Below, piece by piece: positions 18,701 to 27,715 of a stretch of DNA of 64,000 bases. A program made the translations under genes and the position numbers. Under the pieces are notes generated by a model. It saw only the letters and a program-made list of their open reading frames with translations, was not told the origin of the DNA and ran no database searches. Every line of letters starts with the position of its first letter. Within the stretch, counting starts at the first letter, position 1. The stretch is from Cyanophyceae cyanobacterium (GTDB taxonomy: Bacteria; Cyanobacteriota; Cyanobacteriia; Cyanobacteriales; Laspinemataceae): assembly GCA_038321985.1 (NCBI GenBank), contig JBBQFN010000011.1:32001-96000 (forward strand). Reading direction: 5' to 3'.

Positions 18701-20122
18701 AAAAGCATCAACATCGGACAAATTAGGAGTATTATCTGTGCTGCTGACAATTTCTATATTTGTAGGGTCGAGTAAGAGCATTCCAGGAGTACCCTGAGGT
18801 GCGAGGGTATCTACTGTACCCTGAAAGTCTAAAAATTCCCGTCCCGATATTTCTACAAATCCGCCATTTTGAGGAGAGGTAGCGAGGTTAGAACCACCTC
18901 TAGCACTGACTTGTCCATAAAAGCGAGTGGTGTGATCGGACCAGATTATAATTCGTCCACCCTCTGCACCGGCGTGAGAATTGGCGACTGCGGCTGGATC
19001 TGTGAGAGAGAGTCCATCGGCACGAATGAGCGTATCGGCACTCACAAAGGTTCGAGAGGCGGTGGGAATTGGGTTAGTGCCTTGAAAGTCACCGCCAATC
19101 AGGACTGTACCGCCTCCGTCAATTCCGGAAGCATCAATTTTAGCATCAATGACAGCAACGCGATCGCCTAAAATTGTGATATTTGGCCGTGGATAGGAAT
19201 CAGGAGTGCGATCGCTGGCATCAATCGTTCCCGAGGCGATCGCATCCCCGACTTGTGGGTGAAGAGTGATTCCGGAACCTGTTAAGGCGATCGTCCCATC
19301 AGGATTCACTTCTACCCCCGTAGCACTTTGCAGGTTTCCGCCCGTTAGCAAGTCTGAAAGTGAGAGCGGATCTGGCACTGATATCGGTGTTCCTGCTGTC
19401 CGGAATCCCTCCGTTCCCGTTTCTACTTCTAAACTTAACAAATGTCCGGTTTGAGAGAGGCGAACCCGATGATGTCCGGGTATAGCAGCAAGGGTAATAT
19501 TTCCCCCAGGACTGGAAAGAGTACCCCTATTGAGAACACTACCCCCCATTAAAACCAATGCGTGACCAGGTTGCAATTCTAGCTGTCCAAAATTGGCAAC
19601 TGTTCCCGGTTTCAGTGAGTCAAAAACAAACTGCGCCGGGGTTCCGACTAACTCCTGCAAATTTTGATAACCTGCGGCATTAAACCAGGTATTGTTATCA
19701 AATCCAATCCCCGTTGCTGTGGTGGCAAAAAAATCTCCCGATACATTTAATTGGGCGTTTTGTCCAAAAATAATTCCGGCGGGATTCATCAAATATAGAG
19801 TAGCATTGCCCCCGGTAACTTGGATTAATCCATTGATCCAGGAAGCTGTACCCCCACTCACTCGCCCTAAAATATTTTGTAGAGTAGGATTAGATTGAAA
19901 ATTAGCAATTTCTCCGGGATTTAAGCCAAATTTTTCAAAGCTATGAAAAAGATTTACTCCATCTTGGGAAACTGTCCCTCCAGTGATGTCATATTGATTC
20001 CCATTCCAGTTAACTTGGGTGTTGATACCATCAACCGCCGGTAAAATTTCTTGCGCACTCGATAAATTAACTTCCGTGAATAGCACAACGAGACTGAATA
20101 AAATAGGAGGGATTAATTTCAT
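15746..20122 (-). CDS. Secreted haemagglutinin (TPS)-domain protein with Pro-rich repeats and C-terminal CHAT domain
   Basis: Signal peptide; NLFHSF, NILGRV, LMNPAGI; CHAT motifs IIHLATHA, LLVLSACQTA, HPYYWAGF. Confidence 0.92.
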   Translation of the reverse strand: MKLIPPILFSLVVLFTEVNLSSAQEILPAVDGINTQVNWNGNQYDITGGTVSQDGVNLFHSFEKFGLNPGEIANFQSNPTLQNILGRVSGGTASWINGLIQVTGGNATLYLMNPAGIIFGQNAQLNVSGDFFATTATGIGFDNNTWFNAAGYQNLQELVGTPAQFVFDSLKPGTVANFGQLELQPGHALVLMGGSVLNRGTLSSPGGNITLAAIPGHHRVRLSQTGHLLSLEVETGTEGFRTAGTPISVPDPLSLSDLLTGGNLQSATGVEVNPDGTIALTGSGITLHPQVGDAIASGTIDASDRTPDSYPRPNITILGDRVAVIDAKIDASGIDGGGTVLIGGDFQGTNPIPTASRTFVSADTLIRADGLSLTDPAAVANSHAGAEGGRIIIWSDHTTRFYGQVSARGGSNLATSPQNGGFVEISGREFLDFQGTVDTLAPQGTPGMLLLDPTNIEIVSSTDNTPNLSDVDAFADPDLGEPTQIAVEVINNATTNVTLQATNDITISTPIAIQTPGVGFNAEAGNWIAVYGNIQTNQGDITLTANQSGTGGLFIDSSAILSSSGGNITLTSNTGTNPGGSGIQSGAIASKGGNVLLTSSEDIEVISIDASGGTNGKGGRIEINAGEFFRATGTLGDRLDIPTSLYTADVNGNEEIVIRHGGDSETPFIVGDARTNGTVGGIFTRTDGINNILLSSDRTQGNIAIVSNSSQPSPTQPAPTQPAPTQTPPPGGTQSPPSPGGTQSPPPPGGNQSPPPPPGGTQTPPPPPPGGTQSPPPPGGNQSPPPPPGGTQSPPPPGGTQSPPPPGGTQSPPPPPGGTQSPPPPPGGTQTPPPPPPGGTQTPPPPPPPGGTQSPPPPPPGGTQSPPPPPPGGTQTPPPPPPPGGTQTPPPPPPPGGTQTPPPPPPPGGTQTPPPPPRGIQGLFPNQVPTPPQQQQPGQSQPNSNLNPLNNPNQAIASPSGAGIVPPAPILTIEPVPPVPGTGVQPAIALAPGGPNSSSLGAIAPQPAPNTPPSQLRGGNTPSPGGSLPQAQVPSPPIPMNVANITQSLEAGNVNSAVLQIDRLQDQQFANYLGTDLSQQPVQSTESIRDTLENITQQTDTKPAIIYTLLLPDQLELVLVTTEGKPIRKTIPQANREAVMQAALELRQQIANPRMRSSKRYLEIAQTLYQWLISPIQEELAAQNIDTLLFSMDAGLRGLPIAALHDGEQFLIEKYAIALIPSISLTDMRYISLRNSRVLAMGASQFTQLSPLPAVPLELSTIAEQLWQGQAFLNESFTRTNLIAKRQEYPYQIIHLATHAQFNAGEQKNSFIQLWNEQLHLDELRTLGWNNPQVELLVLSACQTAVGDETAELGFAGLALAAGVKSALASLWYVSDEGTLALMTEFYQQLGEVPIKAQALQDAQLSLLRGEVKIAEGELRGTGSLRGVQLPSDLVGAENTDLSHPYYWAGFTMIGSPW
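17372..17990 (-). repeat. Coding tandem repeat: 18 x GG[TN]Q[ST]P(4-7), preceded by TQPAP units
   Basis: (GGT)n runs separated by TTGAGTTCCTCC on the + strand; units counted in the translation. Confidence 0.97.
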
Positions 20123-20345
20123 TTTTACTGCTGATTTAAGCGAGTTTGGAGTTGATGGATCTAGAAACTTTTGTCACTACCAGTTGTGGGATACAGAAGA
20201 TTGCACAAAATAGATGCTGTTGATTGTCCTAAACCCAGGGCGATCGCCAGGGACGAAAAGTGGCAGAAGTGATTAGGGTACAAACCCGGGCGAAGGAGCA
20301 AAAGGACTGATAAAATAAGGGGAAACAGCTAAGGAATTGGGACTT

Positions 20346-21380
20346 GTGTTAGCGGCATTACTCTACGGAAAAGAAGACTTACGTTTAGAGATTGTACCTG
20401 ATCCTACCCCGGATTTGGGTGAAGTAATCATTCGAGTGAAAACCGCCACGACTTGCGGAACGGATTTGAAGGTGTGGCGACGTGGGGGTCATGCAAAAAT
20501 GTTGCAGCTTCCCACCTTATTCGGACATGAGGCAGCGGGGGAAATTGTGGCAATTGGGGAAGGAGTCCAAGGATGGCAAATTGGCGATCGTGTGGTTGCT
20601 AATAATTCCGCCCCTTGCTTCCATTGTTTTTTCTGCGATCGCCACGCCTATTCCCTCTGTCCTAATTTAACTTGGAATAACGGAACTTTTGCCGAATATT
20701 TGAAAATTCCGGCTGCTATCGTTCAGTCTAATTTATTAGCAATTCCCCTGAATTTACCTAATGAATTAGCCTCTTTAACTGAACCTTTAGCCTGCGTCTT
20801 ACATGGAATTGACCGCTCATCTATTCACCCCGGTGACTGGGTTGTGGTGATTGGGGATGGGGCGATCGGCTTAATGTTTGTCGCAGTTTTAGCAACTCAG
20901 GGCGCTCAAGTTATTTTATTCGGCGGTAATGACTCCCGCTTGGAAATCGGTCACCAAATGGGAGCATTGCAGACTTTTAACTATCATCAATTACAACAAC
21001 CCATTCCAGACAAGGTGCGATCGCTCACCGATGGATGGGGTGCGGATGTAGTAATCGAAGCAACAGGAGTGCCGGAAGTCTGGGAAACCGCCATCGCCTG
21101 TGGTCGTCCAGGTTCTATTATTAACTTATTTGGGGGTTGTCCAAAAGATACAACAATCCAGGTTAATACCGGACAATTACATTACAGTGAACTCACCTTA
21201 AAAGGGGTATTTCATAACACACCCCACCACGTCCGAGAAGCACTTTCTACCATTGCCAGCCGACAGATTCCCTTAGAATTGTTACTTACGGACTGCCGTC
21301 CCTTAAAAGACTTAGAAAGCACCTTCCAGGATATGCGCGATCGCAAGGCAATCAAAGTGGCGATCGTTCCGGAAGGATGA
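20346..21380 (+). CDS. Zinc-dependent alcohol dehydrogenase (MDR family)
   Basis: CGTD, GHE, CxxCxxC...C structural Zn site, GDGAIG; GTG start at 20346 preferred. Confidence 0.92.
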   Translation: MLAALLYGKEDLRLEIVPDPTPDLGEVIIRVKTATTCGTDLKVWRRGGHAKMLQLPTLFGHEAAGEIVAIGEGVQGWQIGDRVVANNSAPCFHCFFCDRHAYSLCPNLTWNNGTFAEYLKIPAAIVQSNLLAIPLNLPNELASLTEPLACVLHGIDRSSIHPGDWVVVIGDGAIGLMFVAVLATQGAQVILFGGNDSRLEIGHQMGALQTFNYHQLQQPIPDKVRSLTDGWGADVVIEATGVPEVWETAIACGRPGSIINLFGGCPKDTTIQVNTGQLHYSELTLKGVFHNTPHHVREALSTIASRQIPLELLLTDCRPLKDLESTFQDMRDRKAIKVAIVPEG

Positions 21381-21475
21381 GGGGGGAATGAAGAGTAACC
21401 CGTTTTACTTGTCCCTTGGGAAAGTTATCGGTTACTTCCGGTTCTCTCTTCCATTTTCCACCTTTATCCTTTCCT

Positions 21476-21826
21476 TCACCCCCCTTGCCAAATACCACAA
21501 TAAATGCTTTGAACTGCGAGTGCAATTCGATGTAAATCCTCCTTTAACAAAGGCGGCCAATCTACGCCCGAGTTCCAGCCGGTTTCAAAAAGCTGTTGAC
21601 TTTCCACCGTCAGAAGATACAATGCCCAGACCAAGTTGCGATCTAAATTTTTGCTGTCTTTTACTCCCTCAAAAACAGCTTTAAGAGCTAATAAAATAGC
21701 CGTAACTTGACCAGGAATCGGCGGTTTCCCCTGTTGGAGACGCCGGAGGAAATCATCGGGATTGCGCTGAGAACTTAGGGCAGTTCCCTGGTCCATCAAA
21801 AAATTGTAGGCAGTTGGGTAATCCAT
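21476..21826 (-). CDS. Conserved cyanobacterial hypothetical protein
   Basis: GKPPIPGQVTAILLALK and WPPLLKEDL motifs; ATG at 21826; no P-loop. Confidence 0.75.
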   Translation of the reverse strand: MDYPTAYNFLMDQGTALSSQRNPDDFLRRLQQGKPPIPGQVTAILLALKAVFEGVKDSKNLDRNLVWALYLLTVESQQLFETGWNSGVDWPPLLKEDLHRIALAVQSIYCGIWQGG

Positions 21827-22256
21827 CGTTTTTTTTAAGCCAACAAAATTGGGCGATCGCATTGTATCTTACTCTAACGCCAACCTAGAACCCGCGATCG
21901 CCTGGGATTGGATTACGGGCTATCATGCAGCGCTAGAGGATGTCTAAATCCTCATGAGTCCGAGAAACGCTATATAATCCCCAAATAATATCAATCAACT
22001 GCTACAACCTAACCTCCCATGAACAAATAAACGCCGCCTTTTTTCCTTTCAAAACTCGACCAAAGGAACGCTGATTTTATACCGGGGAATACTCAGTTTT
22101 ACCATTCCCCTCCAGCCAGTCTTATCCCTCCCGAAGAATTACCAAAGAGGAGTTTCACTCCGGTTGTAGAATGTCAATCTAGAAGAAAGACAGACAGGGC
22201 GATCGCACCGGCAATCCAGCCCTCCTGATTCTCTCATCATCGCCTACACAGAAGAA

Positions 22257-22823
22257 ATGGCCTATTTATCTCAATTAGAAGCACTAATCATTCGGGAAAT
22301 GAATCAAGCGCGCACCCATCCGGGGGAGTATGCGAATCAACTTGAAACCCTCAAAAACTATTACCAGGACAGACTGTTTCAACGCCCTGGAGAAACCCCA
22401 GTGAGAACCCAAGAAGGAATTAGTGCCGTTAATGAAGCGATTCATGCCCTGAAAACAATGGATCCAAAACCGGCCTTGCGACCCTCCCCAGGGATGTCTC
22501 AAGCAGCAGCGGATTTAGTCAAGGACCAAGGGCCGCGAGGGGCAACGGGACATCTCGGCAGCGATCGCAGGACCCCCTTTGATCGCCTCAACCGTTATGG
22601 ACGCTGGGGCGGTAGTGCAGCCGAAAATATTAGCTATGGTCCCGATACCGCCGAACAAGTGGTCATGCAATTGATTGTCGATGATGGGGTGAGTAGTCGC
22701 GGCCACCGGGAGAACATCTTCAACGGCGAATTGCGCTGGACTGGGGTCGCTTGTGGCCCTCATGAAAAGTACCGATGGATGTCTGTGATTGTCTATGCCA
22801 AGCAATATGACGAACAGGAGTAA
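22257..22823 (+). CDS. CAP/SCP domain protein
   Basis: NQAR, AENISYG, LIVDDGVSSRGHRENI, GVACGPH. Confidence 0.9.
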   Translation: MAYLSQLEALIIREMNQARTHPGEYANQLETLKNYYQDRLFQRPGETPVRTQEGISAVNEAIHALKTMDPKPALRPSPGMSQAAADLVKDQGPRGATGHLGSDRRTPFDRLNRYGRWGGSAAENISYGPDTAEQVVMQLIVDDGVSSRGHRENIFNGELRWTGVACGPHEKYRWMSVIVYAKQYDEQE

Positions 22824-22955
22824 TACTCCATACGGTAGTTATAGGTCCGTTAAAATGAGCGCAACTTAGTGGACCCCACCCTAAGCCTCCCCAAGGCATC
22901 GGGGAGGGAACAATCAGATGAAATTAAAATAACTTTTCATGCCCGGATTTGGTAT
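22821..22955 (+). mobile_element. About 135-bp MITE/REP-like element, copy 1
   Basis: Similar end to end to 37302-37435; imperfect terminal inverted repeats; internal CTCCCC...GGGGAG hairpin. Confidence 0.75.
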
Positions 22956-23191
22956 GGAAAGTCCGTTTTCTCGATGACCCTGGGTAGGAAGTCTATAGCC
23001 CTAACGGGTATGGCTTCATTAATTTTCCTATAGTCCCACCCTTGAGGGTTCGGGTTCTTGCCAGATGCCGAATTCAGACCTCATCCCTAAATAATAGGGT
23101 CCACTTTCAAGCAGAACCTTAATTTTTGCGGCATACTTAGATGTTATTTGTTAAAAATTAATCCCTCACCGCCGCAATTGCTGGTTTTTCC

Positions 23192-26100
23192 ATGACGCTG
23201 ACGCAAGTTTGGGGAACGTTACTTATATTCACCCTCTGTCCAATCTTAGGGGCTTTGCCCTTGATTGATTGGATCACTCGCGCCCTAACGGGGCAGGATT
23301 TGCGGCGGGTGGGAACCGGGAATATTGGCGTCTCGGCGGCGTTCTATCATGGCGGACGGGTTACAGGAATCTTAGCCGTCATATCCGAGGCGTTAAAAGG
23401 AATTTTAGCGGTATTGCTGGCGCGGCAGTTTTTCCCCCAGCATCCAGAATGGGAATTAATTGCCTTAATTGCCCTAGTTATGGGTCGTTACTGGAAAGGA
23501 CGAGGGGCAGGGACCACCAATGTAGTTTGGGGTTTTGCAGTCCATGACCCCGTCGCTGCGGGGTTGATTTTTTTGATTGGGGGGATTAGTTTTACTCTGG
23601 TACGAGAACGTCAGCAGGGACGGACCTTAGTTTTGGTCCTGTTGCCGCTGATTACTGCTGCCTTGCACTCCCAGCAAGTAGAACGAATCGCAGCAGCGAT
23701 CGCCCTGGGGGTAATACTCTACTGGATTTACCAAAAAATGCCTGACGATTTAGATTTGCCCACCGCCACGAGTCACGGAGAATCTGAGAAGATGTTTCGT
23801 TTTTTCCGAGGCGATCGCGCCGTTGTGTCTCTCGACAAGGAACTAGAATCAGCCAAAGTTGGTGCAAAAGCCGCGACATTAGCTGCCCTCAAGCAGTCAG
23901 GCTATCCCGTTCCCCAGGGATGGGTGCTACCCCCAGGAGACGACCCAGCCCCCCTGATTGCCTATCTGGAACCCTCCGAGGAATCTCCCCTGATTGTCCG
24001 GTCCTCAGCCATTGGTGAAGATAGCGAAACCGCCTCTGCTGCGGGTCAATATCTCTCCATTGCTAATGTTGTCTCTCGCCCCCATTTAACCGAAGCCATT
24101 ACTCGCTGCTTAACCTCCTACGATCGCCCTAATGCCGCTGAATATCGCCGGAATTCCGGCCAACGAGGCAGACAAGGCAATCGTCCAGTCCCACGAGATG
24201 CGATGGCAGTTCTGATTCAACCCCAAATTCCCGGCGTCTTTTCCGGTGTCGCCTTCAGCCGGGACCCCATCGCCGGACAAGGGGATTTTGTGGCGATCGA
24301 AGCCTTACCCGGAGACTGTTCCCGCGTCGTCTCCGGACAAGTCACCCCGGAACGTTACCAAGTTTTTATCTCCGCTGCCGATGTCGATGCCACCGCAAGC
24401 TGGAGGTTGCCAGATGACCAACAACTGCCCCTCGAAGGCACCGGGGATGTCCCCCGACGATTGTTACAACAAGTAGCCTATCTCGTCCGCCATCTGGAAA
24501 ATCACTATCACGGGATCCCCCAAGATATCGAATGGACTTACGATGGCGCTAGCCTTTGGCTATTACAAGCGCGTCCTATCACTACCCTGCTGCCAATCTG
24601 GACCCGCAAAATTGCTGCCGAAGTTATCCCCGGCACCATTCGCCCCCTCACCTGGTCCTTGAATCGTCCCCTCACCTGCGGCGTTTGGGGGAAACTCTTT
24701 AGCCTGGTTTTAGGCAAACGCGCCCGGAATCTGGATTTTCTACAAACCGCTACCCTGCATTTTTCTCACGCCTACTTTAACGCCTCCTTACTCGGGGAAA
24801 TCTTCCAACTCATGGGTTTACCCCCAGAAAGTCTAGAATTTTTGACCCGAGGTGCTCCTTTCAGCAAACCTCCCTTAACCTCTACCCTAATCTCCCTCCC
24901 GGGATTGCTGCGCTTGCTACGGCGAGAAGTCAGACTGGGATTTAATTTTGATGAAATCGAACAAAACCGCTTTGCCCCCGCTTTAGCCGCCCTGGAGTCT
25001 CAAAAAACTCTCCCCCTGTCTGATGAAACGGGACCCGGATCGGGGAATTCTCGATTAGACCCCCAATCCCTCCTGCAACGGATAGACGAGATTTTAGAGT
25101 TGCTAGAGACCCTCACCTATTACAACATTTTAACCCCCCTGAGTCTTGCCTTGAGAAAGGGAATGCTCAAAGTCAGCGATCGCGAATTGGATTATGGTAA
25201 AACCCCGGAAGTTTCCGCAATCCAAGCCCTCCAAGAAATCGCTAACGCCGCCCTTTTAGTCCTGCCCGACTTAGACGAAATTAGTCTACCCGGCGATAAA
25301 ACCGGCGATTGTTCCCAACTGTTTGCCGTCCTCGCGGAAATGCCGGAGGGACAAACTATTTTTGACCAATTCGACGAATTTCTTAACCGTTACGGTTATT
25401 TGAGCGATGTTGCCACAGATATCGCCGTTCCTACTTGGAAAGAAGACCCCCGACCCGTCCGCCAACTGTTTACTCAGCAGTTGTTTCAACCCTCCCCTCT
25501 CGTAGACCACCCCAAATCCCAACGACTAAAAGCCCAAATTGTCCAAAGTCGTCTCGACTTAAAAGGGCGGGTTGCGGTTATTTATAACAAATTATTGGCA
25601 CATTTGCGGTGGAGTTTCTTAGCCTTGGAGCAGCATTTTATAGAAACTGAAATGATATCTCAATCCGGGGATATTTTTTTCTTAGAATTTGCTGAAATTC
25701 GGCAATTAGTATCCGGTTCAAATCGGGAATTGAGAGAGGGTCTACGCCCATTGATTGCAGATAGACGCGATGCCTTCGCCCGGGATAAAAAATTGCAATC
25801 CGTGCCTTCTGTGGTGTATGGAAATACACCCGCCCTTCCCTCTACGGTAACTCGCACAGTCGTTGATATTTCCCAAGGATTGCGCGGCATTGGTGCCAGT
25901 GCCGGAGTTGTCGAAGGTCGAGTCAAAGTGCTTCGCAACTTACAAGAAATCCCGGCGATCGACAAGCAAACCATTCTGGTAGTCCCCTACACTGATGCTG
26001 GTTGGTCCCCGGTATTGGCTCGTGCAGGGGGGTTAATTTCTGAAGTGGGAGGGCAACTCTCCCACGGGGCGATCGTTGCTCGTGAGTATGGAATTCCGGC

Positions 26101-26200
26101 CGTCATGGATGTAACCGATGCCACATCTCGCCTTCAAGATGGGCAACGAGTTCGCATCGATGGCGCACAGGGTACCGTCACTCTTGTGGGGGAAAAATAA
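23192..26200 (+). CDS. PlsY-like membrane domain fused to PPDK-type ATP-grasp and PEP-utiliser (phospho-His) domains
   Basis: DLRRVGTGNIG, SEALKG; VRSSAIGEDS...SAAGQY, DIEW...LLQARPIT; GGQLSHGAIVAREYGIPAV. Confidence 0.9.
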   Translation: MTLTQVWGTLLIFTLCPILGALPLIDWITRALTGQDLRRVGTGNIGVSAAFYHGGRVTGILAVISEALKGILAVLLARQFFPQHPEWELIALIALVMGRYWKGRGAGTTNVVWGFAVHDPVAAGLIFLIGGISFTLVRERQQGRTLVLVLLPLITAALHSQQVERIAAAIALGVILYWIYQKMPDDLDLPTATSHGESEKMFRFFRGDRAVVSLDKELESAKVGAKAATLAALKQSGYPVPQGWVLPPGDDPAPLIAYLEPSEESPLIVRSSAIGEDSETASAAGQYLSIANVVSRPHLTEAITRCLTSYDRPNAAEYRRNSGQRGRQGNRPVPRDAMAVLIQPQIPGVFSGVAFSRDPIAGQGDFVAIEALPGDCSRVVSGQVTPERYQVFISAADVDATASWRLPDDQQLPLEGTGDVPRRLLQQVAYLVRHLENHYHGIPQDIEWTYDGASLWLLQARPITTLLPIWTRKIAAEVIPGTIRPLTWSLNRPLTCGVWGKLFSLVLGKRARNLDFLQTATLHFSHAYFNASLLGEIFQLMGLPPESLEFLTRGAPFSKPPLTSTLISLPGLLRLLRREVRLGFNFDEIEQNRFAPALAALESQKTLPLSDETGPGSGNSRLDPQSLLQRIDEILELLETLTYYNILTPLSLALRKGMLKVSDRELDYGKTPEVSAIQALQEIANAALLVLPDLDEISLPGDKTGDCSQLFAVLAEMPEGQTIFDQFDEFLNRYGYLSDVATDIAVPTWKEDPRPVRQLFTQQLFQPSPLVDHPKSQRLKAQIVQSRLDLKGRVAVIYNKLLAHLRWSFLALEQHFIETEMISQSGDIFFLEFAEIRQLVSGSNRELREGLRPLIADRRDAFARDKKLQSVPSVVYGNTPALPSTVTRTVVDISQGLRGIGASAGVVEGRVKVLRNLQEIPAIDKQTILVVPYTDAGWSPVLARAGGLISEVGGQLSHGAIVAREYGIPAVMDVTDATSRLQDGQRVRIDGAQGTVTLVGEK

Positions 26201-26289
26201 AGCGTCTCACTTGTTATCCCCAATCGGGTCTCCTCCCCTTCTTTCCCTCTCTTCAGGGTGCCGGAAACCCAGCCAAACCCTTACTCACT

Positions 26290-27075
26290 TCATTCGCCAC
26301 CTTTAAACATTTTTCCCACTAAATTTACTAAAAACTGACGGGGGAAGAAGCGCGGTAAATTAACAATAATATGAGCTTTAAAGGTTCCCGATACTACCAC
26401 AAGTTGATTTTTTTCCAAGCCGCGTAGGGAGTCTTGAACTACCTTTTCGGCGGACACTAGGGTGATATTTTTATTATCTTTCATGGTGTCTGGAAAAGCA
26501 GCTTGTTGGAAAAAATTGCTAGTGGTGGGACCGGGACAAAGCGCTTGAATACGGAGGTTGAAGTCGAGGTTTTCAGCCCATAGTGCTTCGGTAAAACTGA
26601 GGACGAAGGCTTTAGAAGCAGCATAGACAGATAGATAGGGAATAGATTGGAATCCTCCAATGGATGCAACATTAATGATGCTACCCGATCGCCGTTGCTG
26701 CATTTCCGGTAACACACAGTGGGTAAGTTCTACTAGGGCGGCAATATTCAACTGGATCATCTCCAACTGGCGCGTGCAACTGCGACTGGCAAAGGGACCG
26801 TAGTCCCCAAATCCCGCATTATTAATTAATAAATCAACTTTCAATCCTCGCTCTATTACTGTATTATAAAGAGTTGTACCGGAGTGCGGTTTTACGAGGT
26901 CTTGGACAATGACTTCCACCTGAATCGGATACTCATCTCGAAGTTGCTGGGCGAGGGTATTTAGTTTATCTTCAGACCGAGCCACGAGAATTAAATTTTG
27001 ATGACGACGCGCTAGTTCTCGGGCAAAAGCAGCACCAATCCCCGAAGAAGCTCCCGTAATTAAAGCAGTTTCCAT
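26290..27075 (-). CDS. Short-chain dehydrogenase/reductase
   Basis: TGASSGIG, NNAG, YAASK. Confidence 0.95.
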   Translation of the reverse strand: METALITGASSGIGAAFARELARRHQNLILVARSEDKLNTLAQQLRDEYPIQVEVIVQDLVKPHSGTTLYNTVIERGLKVDLLINNAGFGDYGPFASRSCTRQLEMIQLNIAALVELTHCVLPEMQQRRSGSIINVASIGGFQSIPYLSVYAASKAFVLSFTEALWAENLDFNLRIQALCPGPTTSNFFQQAAFPDTMKDNKNITLVSAEKVVQDSLRGLEKNQLVVVSGTFKAHIIVNLPRFFPRQFLVNLVGKMFKGGE

Positions 27076-27715
27076 TCCTATCCTGATTATTAGCTAAACC
27101 TTGAGTGAACGCCTCCATTAAAGTAGGCCGATCCACCAAATTATAAACGTTGCCTTACGTCCGTAGCGATCGCCCGGACCCCCAAGGCATGGATAGCGAT
27201 CGCCTATCAGTAGGGGCAATCTAGTCAGGGTATCCGGCGATCGCATACAATTTATCCAGGCAGTTGGACTGCACCCACTCCTCCAGGCGACCCAGGGGAC
27301 GGTAAAACTATCCCCAAATCACGAGTGGCGATCGCCTCGATACCAATCTTCTGCCCTCAACCCCCCTTTATTTTCCTTCTCCATGCCGGTTAAAAGTCAC
27401 TCCCAGATGGGCTGATCCTGCTACTCTTAAGTTATATCTTCGGAGAATTCTGAGGTCTAAACGCGCCACCTGTGTTCCCCGTAATGCTAAAGTATCAGTT
27501 TACTTACAGGTAGCTGAACGCCCCGCAATTGAGGATAATAAGGGAAAATCAAATCAGAAGCCTATCTAAAGACCTGCGATCGCCCCGACTCATTACCTTG
27601 CTAGCGATTTCAAATCCGAACGACGGGGAAATTCGCTTGATTGGTTCAGTTTGGGCAAAGCCGTCTTCTGAACCTGCGACCGTTCTCTACCCATTCAGTC
27701 GAGAGCTGCAAGACT

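Noticed and set aside
21476..21826. Protein ending in GG as the sulfur carrier; also the 'dethiobiotin synthetase' label I recall for this family
   Set aside because: The sequence looks helical rather than beta-grasp, and it has no BioD P-loop.
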